Shown: in pieces, positions 1 through 15,133 of the stretch
Numbering within the stretch: position 1 is the stretch's first letter
Layout of the letters: every line of letters starts with the position of its first letter
DNA from: the human T2T-CHM13v2.0 reference genome, Homo sapiens
DNA length: 64,000 bases
Assembly (NCBI RefSeq): GCF_009914755.1
Contig: NC_060931.1
Strand: one strand, 5' to 3'
Position numbers and translations under genes: made by a program
The notes under the pieces: generated by a model
Databases searched by the model: none
Told to the model about the DNA's origin: nothing
The model's input: only the letters and a program-made list of their open reading frames with translations

Positions 1-878
1 TAATTGTAGATGCATTTTCGGGCTGCACAGGCACATAGAGATCATCTAAATCCACACTCCTCATTTTACATGACAGGCTCAACAGGGTAAAATGAATTCT
101 TATCTCAATGTGATATTTAAGATTTTTTAAAAAGCAATCTGCGTCCTTCAAAAATTGACACCCAAATACAAAGTGCATAGGATTGGGCTGTCGCTCACCT
201 CCTCTGAGCCCCTGGGGCAAGTCGCTGAACGCCGAGCCTTGCGGCTTCATCTGGAAATGGAAATAGGCATACTGTTGGCTTCTGTGAGAACTGAGATTAG
301 ACATACAAGGGTCTAACAAAGCTCCCGGCACCCAGTCTTGGCTGAATTTCATTCTATTTTGATATTTGTTAAGGAAATAGGAAATTTATTTTTAAAACAC
401 GGTACTATTAGGAAGTCAAGTGGCTGAGAAGACCGGACGCTTACAAAGGAGCTGCTCCTTCCCAAGCAGTACCCCTCCACATTCGAGAACACAGGAGAGA
501 AGGCAGGCCTCTTAGGTGAGCACCTTCAGATTTCTAAAGGCATAAGGCCAAAGATTTCAAGTAATTTTGCCTGGGCAGCTAAAATTCACATGCCACTGGG
601 AGTCTGCAAAAAGCTTTGGAGCTTTAGGCGCTCTTTGACCCATACGTCATATTTCAACTCAGATACCCTCAGGGTCCTCTGACAGTAGGTGACTGTTCTG
701 ATGAACGAGTATGAGGCCTACGCTCCATTCCCCAGGCCTCGTGTTTCCACATCCAGATCCTTTGTCAGAAAAGATTGACTGTTCCACCATTTCCTCTGCG
801 TTTTCCTGCCTCTTTCTTGTTAAATTCATAATGAAGAGAAAGCTCCCAAGTGAATCACCATCAATGGATTGGATGCTG

Positions 879-1225
879 CTGTGTGTTAAATTGTGTCTCC
901 CCTACAATTTGTATGTTGAAGTCTTAGCCCCCAGTAGCTTAGAATGCGGTCTTATTTGGAAATAGTGTTGTTGTGGATACAATTCGTTAAGATGAGGTCA
1001 TATTGGAATGAGGTGGGCCCCTAATCTAATGTGACTGGTGTCCTTATAAAAAGGGGAAATTTAGGCACAGATAGTCCCACCAGGAGGACACCAAATGAAG
1101 ATGAAGGCAGAGATCAGGGTGATGTACCCACAAGCCAAGGGACACCTAAGAATGCCAGCAAAACACGGAAAGCCAGGCCAGAGGCATGGGACAGTGGAAC
1201 AGATTTCAAACTCCAGGCCAGAAAG
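879..1225 (+). mobile_element. MaLR LTR (MLT1B/C-like), partial
   Basis: Typical MLT1 text: tatgttgaagtc...ttaagatgaggtcatattgga...gactggtgtccttataaaaagggg...gaagatgaaggcagagat. Confidence 0.75.
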
Positions 1226-2929
1226 TAATCAGCACCATCCTGGGGTGAGGGGAGGACACAGCACCAGCATTATCCAGGGTCACATCCCTCACTCTGGCCT
1301 CCTCTAATCAGATGGCAATCCGGCAATCTTAGCCGGAGAGATGATAACACAGATCATCTATTTTTTGCAGCCTTACTCGGCTCCCTTATAAGGAAAAACT
1401 ATGTCCCTTGAAGTCTTGCAGACTGAGGAGCTATTGTGAATCTGATCTTTTAGAGGAGAGCCTAATGCCATTTTCCCTTTTCAGTAAAAACAGAAAAAAG
1501 TTAAAAGACGAAGGAAGATGTAAGAACCAAATACTCTGTCTTTCTCTCTCTCTCTCTCACTCTCTGTCTCTCTTACACACAGACACACAAACACCACACA
1601 TCTATACACATACATTCTTTTCCACTGGACTGTGCCTCTTTTTCTGGCTATGTATGCACAAGAATAGAGATATTGGTGTCTGCCCCCTGGAGTAATGATG
1701 ATAAATATGTCAAGGTCAGCAGCTTCATCAGCCATTGAGACAGCTCACTCGGGCAACTGCAGATAATCATTCACCTGGTGGGACCAGTTGCCTATACCTT
1801 AATTCATGCCTCACAGTGTTGCTGAAATGTTCCTTATCTCACAAAAACACTTGTCTTATGTCTTTCTGGTGCAGAAAGAAATTCATAAATTATTGCTATG
1901 CCTTGCATTTTTTTTGGTCTCAGTCATGATTTTGTGGGGGAAGAAGTTACTCAAGAACGAGGACGAGGTGAAAAATAAGTCATCAGTGTGCATGCAACAA
2001 TATCTTGTTCCATGTCCTATAAAGCAAAAACTCAGACTCAGTAGTTCCAAAGATCTTTGATGAAAAATTTCTCCTACTGTCACTCCCTTTGTAAGAGGAC
2101 TAATGCTTTACCAAGGTTTTAAAAATTCTACTGGCATTTATTGAGAACCTACTATGTGAAATGCACCATGCTAGGTGATAGGACATAAATAAGACATAAT
2201 CCCAGATTTATTATATGCAATATGAAATCTACAAATAGTGCACTAAGGGGAGAAATCTGTACTAAATTATCCAAATGCTCATTTTTGAAAACTGTATTTC
2301 TACATTAAAGATAGAAAAAGTACTGTGCTTCCAGTTGAATGTACTGTCTTACAGTATCTGTCAATTTTTAACCATGACTATATAAATGTATATTTGGGTG
2401 AAATTACAGCTAGTAAATGACTTGCCCCCAACACATGAATGAATATCACTTTTATGAACAGTGTCTGGCATGTGTGTCTCAGTGGGAAAGGACTGAACAG
2501 CTGCCTTGCAACACTCATCAATAAGCAGGTATCCAGGAATTCTATTCAAAGCCAGCCAGGCCCTGTGGAGACACAAAGAGAAATACAAGATAGAATGATT
2601 GTCCTTAGGGAGCTCACAAACCAGTGGAAAGAACTAACCCTACATGTCAAGACAGAGTGAAGTATTTATGGCTGCAAGATGAACTGCACGTCCTTCATTA
2701 AATATTTAAGTATAAATAATGTAACACTGGATAGCGCCCCATACATGTGTTACATAAATTGAGAGAAATAGGTGGGGAAAAAAAAGGCCAAATTGGTTAG
2801 AACTAAAGCATGGGTTTTAGCATTACACGGGAGGGAAAAAATCTTCACCATGCACCCTAAGAACAATCCCTTGATTTTTATAAGTCATCTTGTGTACACA
2901 TGAGGTGACAAAAGTTATCAGGATTGACA

Positions 2930-3180
2930 ACAAGGACTCTGGAACCAGCCAGTGTCACTTCAAATCCAGCTCCAACAGCTCCCCACTCAGGGACCTCCGT
3001 CAAGACACATAACTTCTCTGTGCCTCTGTCTCCTCCTCCTCTCCTCTGTCATCTGAGAAAGTAACAGTACCTACCTCAGAGGGTAGATATTACGAGGACT
3101 GAATGAATTAGTGTAGGAATAGCTCTTAAAATCATGCCTGACACAAAATACATGCTTATAAAGGTCTGCTAAATTAAATA
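2930..3180. mobile_element. MIR SINE
   Basis: ttcaaatccagctcc...aacttctctgtgcctc...acagtacctacctcagagggt, typical of the MIR core. Confidence 0.6.
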
Positions 3181-3246
3181 AACAAAATACCCTATGCCTC
3201 AAAGTAGTTTATGCTTAATGAGTCTTACATAAATTAAATAATACAT

Positions 3247-3296
3247 GTGTACATATGCATGTATATATATGTATGTGTGTGTGTGTGTATATATAT

Positions 3297-3331
<35 letters not shown>

Positions 3332-3606
3332 CAGAGATGGTCTGGCTCTGTTGCCCAGGCTGGAGTGCAGTGGTGTGATCACAGCTCTCTGCACTGCAAC
3401 CTCTAACCTCCCAGGCACAAGCAATCCTCCCGCCTCAGCCTCCTGAGTAGCTGGGACTACAGGCATGTGCCACCATGCTCGGCTAATCATTTCTTTTTAA
3501 TTTTTTGTAGAGACGAGATCTCCCTATATTGCCCAGGCTAGTCTCGAACTCCTGGCCTCAAGCGATACTCCCATGTCAGCCTCCCAAAGTGCTAGGATTA
3601 CAGGTT
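3247..3606 (-). mobile_element. AluJ-like element with compound (TA)/(TG)/(GA) microsatellite tail
   Basis: Reverse-complement Alu at 3335-3606; tail replaced by a microsatellite. Confidence 0.9.
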
Positions 3607-5407
3607 TCTTAATACATGTATAAAACCAAGATAAAAATCTCAAATACAGCTTCTCCCTTCTATAAGATTTGCCATATTGTAAGTCAGTAATATCTTTAAT
3701 GTAGGCAATATTAAAATTAAGCATTTTTATTTTCTTTTAAACAATGAGCTATTTATTTGTCTATCTACAATTTTGAGACCTGGTGGTGATTGTATAGTAG
3801 TAAGTTTGCCACAGTCCTTACCAGGAGAGGAGCATCTATGAATTATTCCACAAAATAAGAGTTCTACCATATCTCTAATCCATTGTGCTCCTCTTCTCCA
3901 ACCAATTTTGGTTTCAGATTGAGCACTTGTTTAAAATTTAATGTGCACAATAGACAGTTATTGCTTTTTTTGCAAGACAGGATTCCTTTCTAATCTTCTC
4001 TGTATCATTCCAATTTTAGTATATATGCTGCCAAAAAGAGCACAGGGTTCCTTTCCAAGCAAATGCAATACTCAGAAAGATGTCTAAGTGGGAAATCATG
4101 ATACCAGGATTGATAATGTTCTGAAGTTGACACCAAAAGCCTCAACCACAGGGCTGTTAAGCAGACACAATTATTTACTCTCCTTCACTGGAACTTTCTT
4201 AGATGTGACCTAAATGTAATCTGATTTATAGAGCTGTTCATTATAAAAGGAGTCTCATATTAATTTTATTTGGAAAGGGTTTCCCCCCATGTTTTACATA
4301 ATGTTGAGGAAAGAGAAGAGCTAAGTATAAAGAAAACATATTTCTGGGTGCTAATTTGTATATATTAGCCTAAAGATTACACAAATTTAAGAATACCTGT
4401 CCATGTGTACAAAGTCTCAAAAAACATAGCCTGTCAAATAAAAAAAAAATTCTTTTTTACTATACACAATAAATGCGGCTAAAAAAGAAACAGTTTTTAA
4501 AGGTTATGGACATGTTATTTGACAAACAAATCTGTATGTGACATAATAAAATTGATAACTCTTTACCAAGGCTCATAAGAGAGAAGATACAAATTTCCAG
4601 TATCAGGAATGGAAGTGGGGAACATTACTATAGATTCTACTAATATTAAAAATAATAAGAAGAAAATATTCCAATAAGCTTTATGCCAATAAATTTGATA
4701 GCTTAGATGAGATGAACAAATTCTTTGAAAGCCACATATTACTAAAGTTCATCCAAGAATATTAGATAATCTGAAGAATCCTAAATCCATTAAATAAATT
4801 TAATTCATGGGGGAAAAAACCTTTCTACAAAGAAAACTTCAAGCAAATAAGCCTTCACTGGCAAACCTATCAACATTTAGAAAAGAAATAATACCAGTTC
4901 TATAGAAGCTCTTCCAGAAAATAGAATTGGAAGAAACAGTTCTCAACTTACTTTATGAGGCCAGCATTATTCTGAAACCAAAACCAAAAACAGACATTAC
5001 AAAAAAAAGGAAAACTGGAGACAAATCCATTATGAACATAAATACAAAAATCCTTAATAAAATGTGAAGAATTTGAAACCAGTAATATATAAAAATGATA
5101 ATATATCATAACTAGGTGGGATTTGTCCCACTTAGTTGCAAGGTTGGTTCAAAACTCAAAAATCAATCAATGTAATTTTCACCATATCAACAGATTAAAG
5201 AGGAAAAGTCATACTATCATTTCAATAGTGCAGAAAAAGCAACTGGCAACATTTAACATCCCTTCTCAGCAAATTATAACTTCCTCGATCTGATGAAAGG
5301 CATCATGAAAACACTGAGCTGATATCATACTTAATGTGAAAGATTGAATGCTTTACTCCTAAGATTAGCAGTGAGGCAAGGAAGCCTTCTCTTACTACTG
5401 CTATTAA

Positions 5408-5656
<249 letters not shown>

Positions 5657-6008
5657 TGATTATATGCATGAAATATTCAAAAGAATGTGCCAAAAAACTA
5701 CAAGAACTAAGTTTAATGGTCAATGTATAAAATCCAACTTATTTCTATAGACTAGAAAATGTTCAATTGGAAACTGAAATTTTCTAAAAGTGCCATGTAT
5801 ACTTTCGATGTTATTATATAACATCAAAATCATGAAATACTTATAGAGCTAACAACATTTGATTTAAGATTTGTTGGCTGAACACTTTAAGACATTTATC
5901 AGATAAATTACAAAGAACTAAATAAATTAAAAAACACACTGCATTCACAGATCAAGAGTCAGTTAAGATGTCAATTCTTTCCCAATTCATTTATAGATTT
6001 CATGCAAT

Positions 6009-6381
6009 CTACCTCGGTCTAAATGTTTGTGTCTCCTCCCTCCCCAAATTTATACCTTGAAATCCTAACCCCTAAGGTGATGGTATTTTAGGAGGTGGGG
6101 CCTTTGGGAGGTGATTAGGTGATGAAGAGAGAGCCCTCATGAATGGGGTTAGTACCCTTATAAAAAGAGGCCCCAGAGAGCTCCTTTGGTTTGTCCACCA
6201 TGTGAGGTTAGAACAAGACGACAGCTGTCTGCTAGGAAGCAGGCCCTTACCAGACATTGAATCTGCCCAAGCCTTGGTCTTGGACTCTCCAGCCCCTAGA
6301 ACTGTGAGAAATAAAATTCTGTTGTTTGCAAGCCACTCAGTTGATGGTAGTTTGTTACAGCAGCCTGAATGGACTAAGATA
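6009..6381 (+). mobile_element. MST-family MaLR solo LTR
   Basis: aatgtttgtgtc...gaggtggggcctttgggaggtgattagg...agaactgtgagaaataaa...gactaagata. Confidence 0.85.
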
Positions 6382-7720
6382 CTATCAAGATCACAATCCC
6401 ACCAGACATTTTTCTTCAGGCAATAACAAGCCAATTATAAAATTTATATGGAGAATCAAAAAGCTAATTGGCCAAAATCAACTTTGATAAAGAAGAATAA
6501 ATTTGGAGAACTTATGCTACCTGATTTCAAGACTGCCTATGTAATCAAGACAATTTGGTACTGGACCAAGAATAGACATACGAATCAGTGGACCAGAATA
6601 GAGTTTCAAGAAATAGACACACATATAGGGCCAACTGATTGTTTTCAACAAAGTTGCAGAGGTCATTCAATGCTGAAAAATTGGTTGTTATCTTTTATAT
6701 ATAACAAAATGTACTGGATGACTATATATTCATATGGAAAAAATAAAACCAAAACAAAAAAACATTAATCTTGCTTGCTTGCTTGATCCATATCTCACAC
6801 CATAAGGTATGGATCTATTTTTAAAACCAATTTGAACCAGTGAATGAATAAACAATGTGGGGTATGTTCAGGCAATGGAATACTACTCAAAAAGCCAGAC
6901 ACAAAATGTTACATACTGTATGATTCCATGTATATGCCACTCTAGAAAAGGAAAAACCATAGGGAGAGAAATTAAATCTGAGATCACCAGGGATTGAATT
7001 TATGGGAAAGGGCATTGACTAAAAGGAGCACAAATGAACTGTTTGTGGTAAAGGAAATGGTCTATATCTTGATTATGGTGCTGGCTAAATGATTGTATGC
7101 ATTTGTGAAAACTGATGGAACTATACATTCAAAAGGGGTAAATTTTACTGTATGTAAACTACACCTCAATATAGCTTACTTTAGGAAAGAAGAAAATCAA
7201 AGCAAAGAAAATGGAAAGAGAGGCTACATGATAGCTAATGCATGATCCTAGATTGCACCAGGAGGCAACAGCTAAAAAGAATGTTATTAGGACAGTTGAT
7301 AGATTTGAATATGGATTGTGGATTAGATAATGGCATTTTATCAGGGTTAAATTTTCTGATCTTGATAATTGTACTGTGGTTATGTAAGACAATGTCCTAT
7401 TCTTCAGAAATACAACTGAAATATTTAGTGGTAAAAAAAAAAAACCTATAATGTCTGTAGTTTATTCTTAAGTAGTTGACAGAGAGAATGAGAAAGCAAA
7501 CAGGACAAATATTAACAATTAGGAAAGCTGGCCCAAGGGTATACAGAAGTTTCCTGAAATTTTCTTGCAGCTCTTTTGGTAAGTTTAAAATTATGTGTTT
7601 TTTAGAAGAACCAAACGAGACACAGAAAGTAGAAATAATTGTGATACTAACAAAGAGGAGGAAGGAGAACAGCCTTAGTCAAATTATGTGTAAAGCAAAA
7701 ACAACAAACAACAAAAAGCC

Positions 7721-7746
<26 letters not shown>
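7721..7746. repeat. (GT)n microsatellite
   Basis: Direct observation. Confidence 0.95.
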
Positions 7747-7752
<6 letters not shown>

Positions 7753-8012
7753 AAGTTAAAAAAGAAATAGAAAAAAAACAACAACAACCGTGTCACCAAA
7801 TAATGAGTGTGAAGGCAGTAAATGTACATAAATAAGAGCTTCCAAGAAGCAAACTACGTTCTTCTCAGAGCCGGTCACCCTTTTCCTTGGCAAGTAAAAG
7901 AATGCCTTAGAGTAAAAGAATGTCAAAGAGCCTTTCCAAATAAAAGGGATACAGGGACTGACACCTTCTGAAGGGTGAGCCCGGGCCAGATGGCGGTCAG
8001 GGGATATACTTA

Positions 8013-8363
<351 letters not shown>

Positions 8364-8450
8364 TCATAGGCGCATCACTAGAAAATATCAAACAATCCCA
8401 AAGTAGGTGTGGTTACCAATTTAAAAGACAAGATTACTCACGGGGTTTTA

Positions 8451-9135
<685 letters not shown>

Positions 9136-9137
9136 GT

Positions 9138-10091
<954 letters not shown>

Positions 10092-11024
10092 ATTTCAACA
10101 TGGACTAGAAGGAAACACATCCAAGTCACAATGGTAGTTGGCTTTGAGGACAAGGTGTGGAGAAGGAAACCAAAGGTATTTGTCAATAGAGACATTTAAG
10201 ACTGAAAACAAACATTACAAAATGTTAACTATTACTGAGTGGTGCTAATATGGGTATTTGTTTTAATTTGTAATTATTTTAATTTCCTAAAGTAACAATC
10301 CTTAGAAGGACACAAGAGTTAGGAGAGAACGGAATAAGAGGATGGAGGCCACCATTCAAAGTGTGTTTCCACACACTTCAGTACCCATATACTAAGAGCC
10401 GAGTGTGAAATCAGCTGTGGGGTAAGAATTACTTAACCAAAAAAACTGTAATTTGGTAAACTGAAGCCTGCTACATGGCCACAGCTGGTCTTAATATGCA
10501 ACAGGGCTGTCCTGTCGGCATTAACTATGGCACAGAGCTAGCATTATAAAGCTTTCATTAGTTTGAAAGAAATTTTGTGGATTTACATAGTTGAAAGATG
10601 CTGTTGCTTGAAATACTGGGGCATGACAATTTATTTCCCTCTAGCATCTGATACCATTTCACAGCCAAGTTATAAAGCCACTCACAGTTCTGTGTCAATT
10701 AGAAATCTCACCACCTGTAACTTAAAAATCTTTCCAACAGTTGTAATGGAATATTTAGGTACTCTGCCCTAAGATAAAGCAAGCAGGTATCAGGAAACTA
10801 TACGTTCTTTCCTAATTATTTCAGTAATTAAAATAGTTAAGCATAATCTCCAAATACCTCAGTCTCCCCATGCAAAATGAAAAGAATACTATTTGCCACA
10901 TGACTGAAAAGGATGAAGTGACTTGAAATCCCTAGGAAAAAAAGTATTTGTGCATGCAAAGTATTGTTTTAAGTAAACTAAATAAAGGGACACTTGAAGA
11001 TACTATCTATAAGTTAATGGGAAG

Positions 11025-11695
11025 GCAAATTGCCAAGGCAATCCTAAGCAAAAAGAACCAAGGTGGAGGCATCACGTTACCCGACTTTGCACTATGCGAG
11101 GCTACAGTAACCAAAACAGCATGGCACTGGTACAACAAAGGGCACATAGACTAATGGAACAGAATAGAGAGCTAAGAAATAAGGCTGCACATCTACAACT
11201 ATCTGATCTTTGACAAAGCTGACAAAAACAAGCAAGGGGGGAAAGACTCCCTATTCAATAAATGGTGCTGGGATAACCAGGCAGCCATATGCAGAAGATT
11301 GAAACTGGACCCCTTCCTTATGCCATACATAAAAATCTACTCAAGATGGATTGAAGACTGAGATGTAAAACCCAAAACTATAAAATGCTGGAAGATAACC
11401 TAAGCAATACCATCCCATACATAGGCGTGGGCACAGATTTCATGACAAAGACACCAAAAACAACGGCAACAAAAGCAAAAATTGACAAATGGGATCTAAT
11501 TAAACTTAAGAGCTGCTGTACAGCAAAAGAAACTATCAACAGAGTCAACAGACAAGCTACCATTGAATGGGAGAAAATATTTGCAAACTGTGCATCTGAC
11601 AAAGCATCTGTAAGGAACTTAAATTTACAAGAGAAAAACAAACAACCCCATTAAAAAGTGGGCAAAGGACATGCACAGACACTTTTCAAAAGAAT
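11025..11695 (+). mobile_element. Primate L1 (L1PA/PB) ORF2 3' fragment
   Basis: Translations [19 protein letters not shown] and [26 protein letters not shown] match the L1 ORF2 C-terminal region. Confidence 0.92.
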
Positions 11696-12884
11696 TACAC
11701 AAATGTTTCAATTAACTAGAAAAAGAGGAGGAGAAGGGTTACCATAATTCCATTACCTGAATCCTCTGATTGGTTATGGCTTAAGCAGAAATGCCTTGTG
11801 TCTGAAACTTCTTAATCAAACAATTTGTTGCCCTGTGTAAATACTACTACCACTGCTACATCTCATATTTACTGAACATCTGTGGTGTATCTGGCGTTGT
11901 TGAATGCTACTTACCCATTTATGCCTCACAATAGCACTATGCAATCAGGATTCTTAGGCTGCTCATTTTAACTGATGAGGAAGCTGAGGTAGAAATTAGG
12001 TAAAAAGAATGAATGCAACCCTCTAATGACTAAGTGCCTTCATCACTTCCTTACCATCATTCCCAACTTTCATGATGCTATACTTTCTGAGGATGGTGAC
12101 AATATTGATACTAGGCCATGGTCTGGAATTGGGAATAAACTTCTAGCACTAATATGCTTCATCACCATTTACCTTCCAGTCTTATAAGAACAGGAGGGAG
12201 TGCTTAAACACAAATAACAGGCAATTCAGTTCTCTCTTTTAATGGTTTCATATATGTTGCTGTAGTTTTGGTGACAATCAGGTGTGTGACAATTTAGTGA
12301 AGGTGTTCTGATCACATGCTAATTATTTATTACCTGGTAGCCCTGCAAAATCCCCTGCATTATGGAAGCAGTAATCCCATTGGTTGACCTGAAGGTCCCA
12401 CAACATTACAGACTGGCCAGTGGCTCTTTCACTGAATACTCCTAACTCATACCAAGTTTATTCTTTTTTCCTTAGGAATGTTATCTTTTCATAAGCTGTG
12501 TAGTGACAAAAATCAAAAATTACTTCCAGCTCAAGATAATTCCTTCATATTTTTGACCATGAGAGCCAAAGGGCTTGACTTTTCATCAGTTTCCTTTAAA
12601 CAGGCAATGCCTGCTGAGACCCGATCACCTGCACCTTGATGTCACTGGTGTCCAACAGCACTTTCATGCTGTGGCTGACCATCTGCTTTTAGAGCCATTT
12701 CATTGTTTCTTTGCACATAACATCACACATCCTTTTCTTAAAGTCCATACTCACCTATGAAAACGGAAATAAAAAACATTAAAAAGGACAGAAAGACATC
12801 AAGCTTATGTTTCATTTCCATAAATGGGAACTGCATTGTGTCATTATGAAAGTGTATAAAATATTTGGAAACTCCAACAAATTA

Positions 12885-15133
12885 TCTCTATTAGTGGGTT
12901 TATTGACATAACTGGACATAACAATGTATAACATTTATTCATCTCCCACTGAAAGACTTCCCAGTGAAACTAAAGTAGAACACAGATCCAGGCATTAGGC
13001 ATTTTCAGTGATGTTCTATGGCTGAAAAGGTGGGTGGTGAGGAGAACCAGAGGCCTTGTCCATACTTGCAATGGGACTCAATATTACCCTGCTGGGCAAA
13101 AGAAATAGCTAGGAGATGCAATAGTGCTATGATTGAAAAAAGCCAGGAGCACAAAAGGTGCCAGATAGCTCCCTGGTTGAAAATAAGAGCAAACAACACT
13201 ACTGCTCTCATGTACCAGTATGCTCTCAATCTAAAATAAGCCCTGGCAGCAAACTAAGAATGACAGTCTATTTCCTGTGGTTTATTAAGTTTTGGCCCCG
13301 CAGACGAGACTGCCAGAAAAGCAGCTGTAGTTTTAAGTGGTCTGGACATTTACTCATTTGAACATAAACAACGATCAGCTCATTCAGATGGCTGGTTCCC
13401 TACTCAGCTGTTGAGAAGAGGGCAGGCATGGGTCAATCTAGGCCAAACATAAAAGGAGTGAACTGGGGTGAAAGACCCGGGGCTGTGATGGATTCCCTGA
13501 GTCACCAGGACCCTCAGGGGCTTAAGGCCCTAAACAGAAGATTCCACTGTCAGCCTTAGCACCATTGCAGTGACCTCCATGGTACTCCACTGCCAATAAA
13601 TCCATAACCACTGTGACCATAACCACAGTGTACATTCTCTTAGTGACTGCATTTTTAGACCACACATAAAATTATTAATGTAAACCAAACCACTACACTT
13701 AGTGATAAACATGTACTTCATAAATAGCAGGGAATGAAAGTATCCCAAATAGTTGGAAACAACTGAACAAATAAAGGATCCTACCCCTAAGTTTAAAACA
13801 AAAACATTTAAAAGAAATACTGCAACTATTAACTAAAAGATAAGATTTAATAACACAGTAAGACACTCAGTTGGGGAGGGATTAATTGCAAAATATATCA
13901 TTATTTCACAGTGAGGTTTAAGTACTCATAACAATCTTCTGGTTTTAGTAGAACAGATACCCACTGGTGTATTTTTTTCACATTTGTTTTCTATAATTTC
14001 TTCCCCTCTACTATTTCATATAAAGACACTAATGTGGTCAAACATTAAACTATCAATTGACAATCACCTTTTGCTTCCCTATTAGGAAATAACCTTCATT
14101 GCTTAACTGCAACTCAAGAGAATTAGGGCACAGTCAACCATGTCACTGATAAAAACATAAGAAGTAATGCATCACATTTATTCCAATCTAAACACACTGT
14201 CACAGATGTGGTAAGTGAACTGGAACACTGGTGTTCCCCAGTGGGTCATCAGCTACATATACATCACATTCTTTTATCAAATCTGGCATTGAAATTTCCT
14301 TTTCCATATATAGGTTTAAAAAAATAAAATTAAAAAAGCCACAGGAGCAACCCTGACAGAGAAGTCTTGCATGCAGCCTTCTCCTGAGAAAGTATGTAAT
14401 CTTAGTTATCCTCGAAGTCAGCAAGCGCTCTTGTACTGTTAATATTAAAAGGAACATAATAAAATGGCCCAGTCCAACTAAAACAGTCCTTGAGTCTATT
14501 GGTCAGTTCGTTAAATGTCAGAGCTTTTCACATTTTTGAAAAAAAAAATGCGTCTCTTATTAAACTTTAAGGTATCCTGAATGCTCTATCAGCCAACATA
14601 AACGAGTTCCTTGGCGGGTATGTTAAACTTTACCACCTGTTTACATCCCCCTTCTTGGCAGAGATCACCAAACCAGTGGAGTCCCTGGCCAAGCCTCCTT
14701 TGTAATGGTAATAAGTTCCTTCCTTAAATAGAAACAAAACTTCTCTGTTTGACACTGAGCAAACAAAAAGCATGCACCCAAATATTTCTGGCCATGTTGG
14801 GGGCACAAGCACCCCCTTTCTACCCCCAAAGCCTGGCTTCTGCATTGCAGTGCTACAAAAGCCATTCGCATAGCTGTGTCAAAGCCTCCAAGCGAAGCCT
14901 CCGACCTCAGCATCCCACCATCCATTTGTCCCCTACTCTGGCTCTGACCACCAAGTACCATCCATTTACTTCTCGAGTATTGGGAATTGGGGGATGGTGC
15001 CCGAATTGGCCCTCTGTCCCCACCGGCCTCTCTGGCAAGTGCACAAAACGGCACTTCCCCTGAGGTGGGCTGGTGGGCCTCACGGAGAGGCGGCTCCTTA
15101 GGGCCAATGAGATGGTCTCTATATGCCCTGGAC
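12885..15133 (-). other. TRIL: TRIL 3' UTR (approximate)
   Basis: Repeat-free, largely AT-rich unique sequence between the stop codon and the poly(A) signals. Confidence 0.6.
12899..12939 (-). terminator. TRIL: Tandem AATAAA signals, probable distal TRIL 3' end
   Basis: TTTATT at 12899-12904 and 12934-12939, with a U/GU-rich tract downstream on the minus strand (TTTGTTGGAGTTT). Gives a ~5 kb mRNA. Confidence 0.6.

Noticed and set aside
10948-11654. ORFs with reverse-transcriptase-element-like peptides
   Set aside because: Broken L1 ORF2 fragment; not a gene and not retrotransposition-competent.
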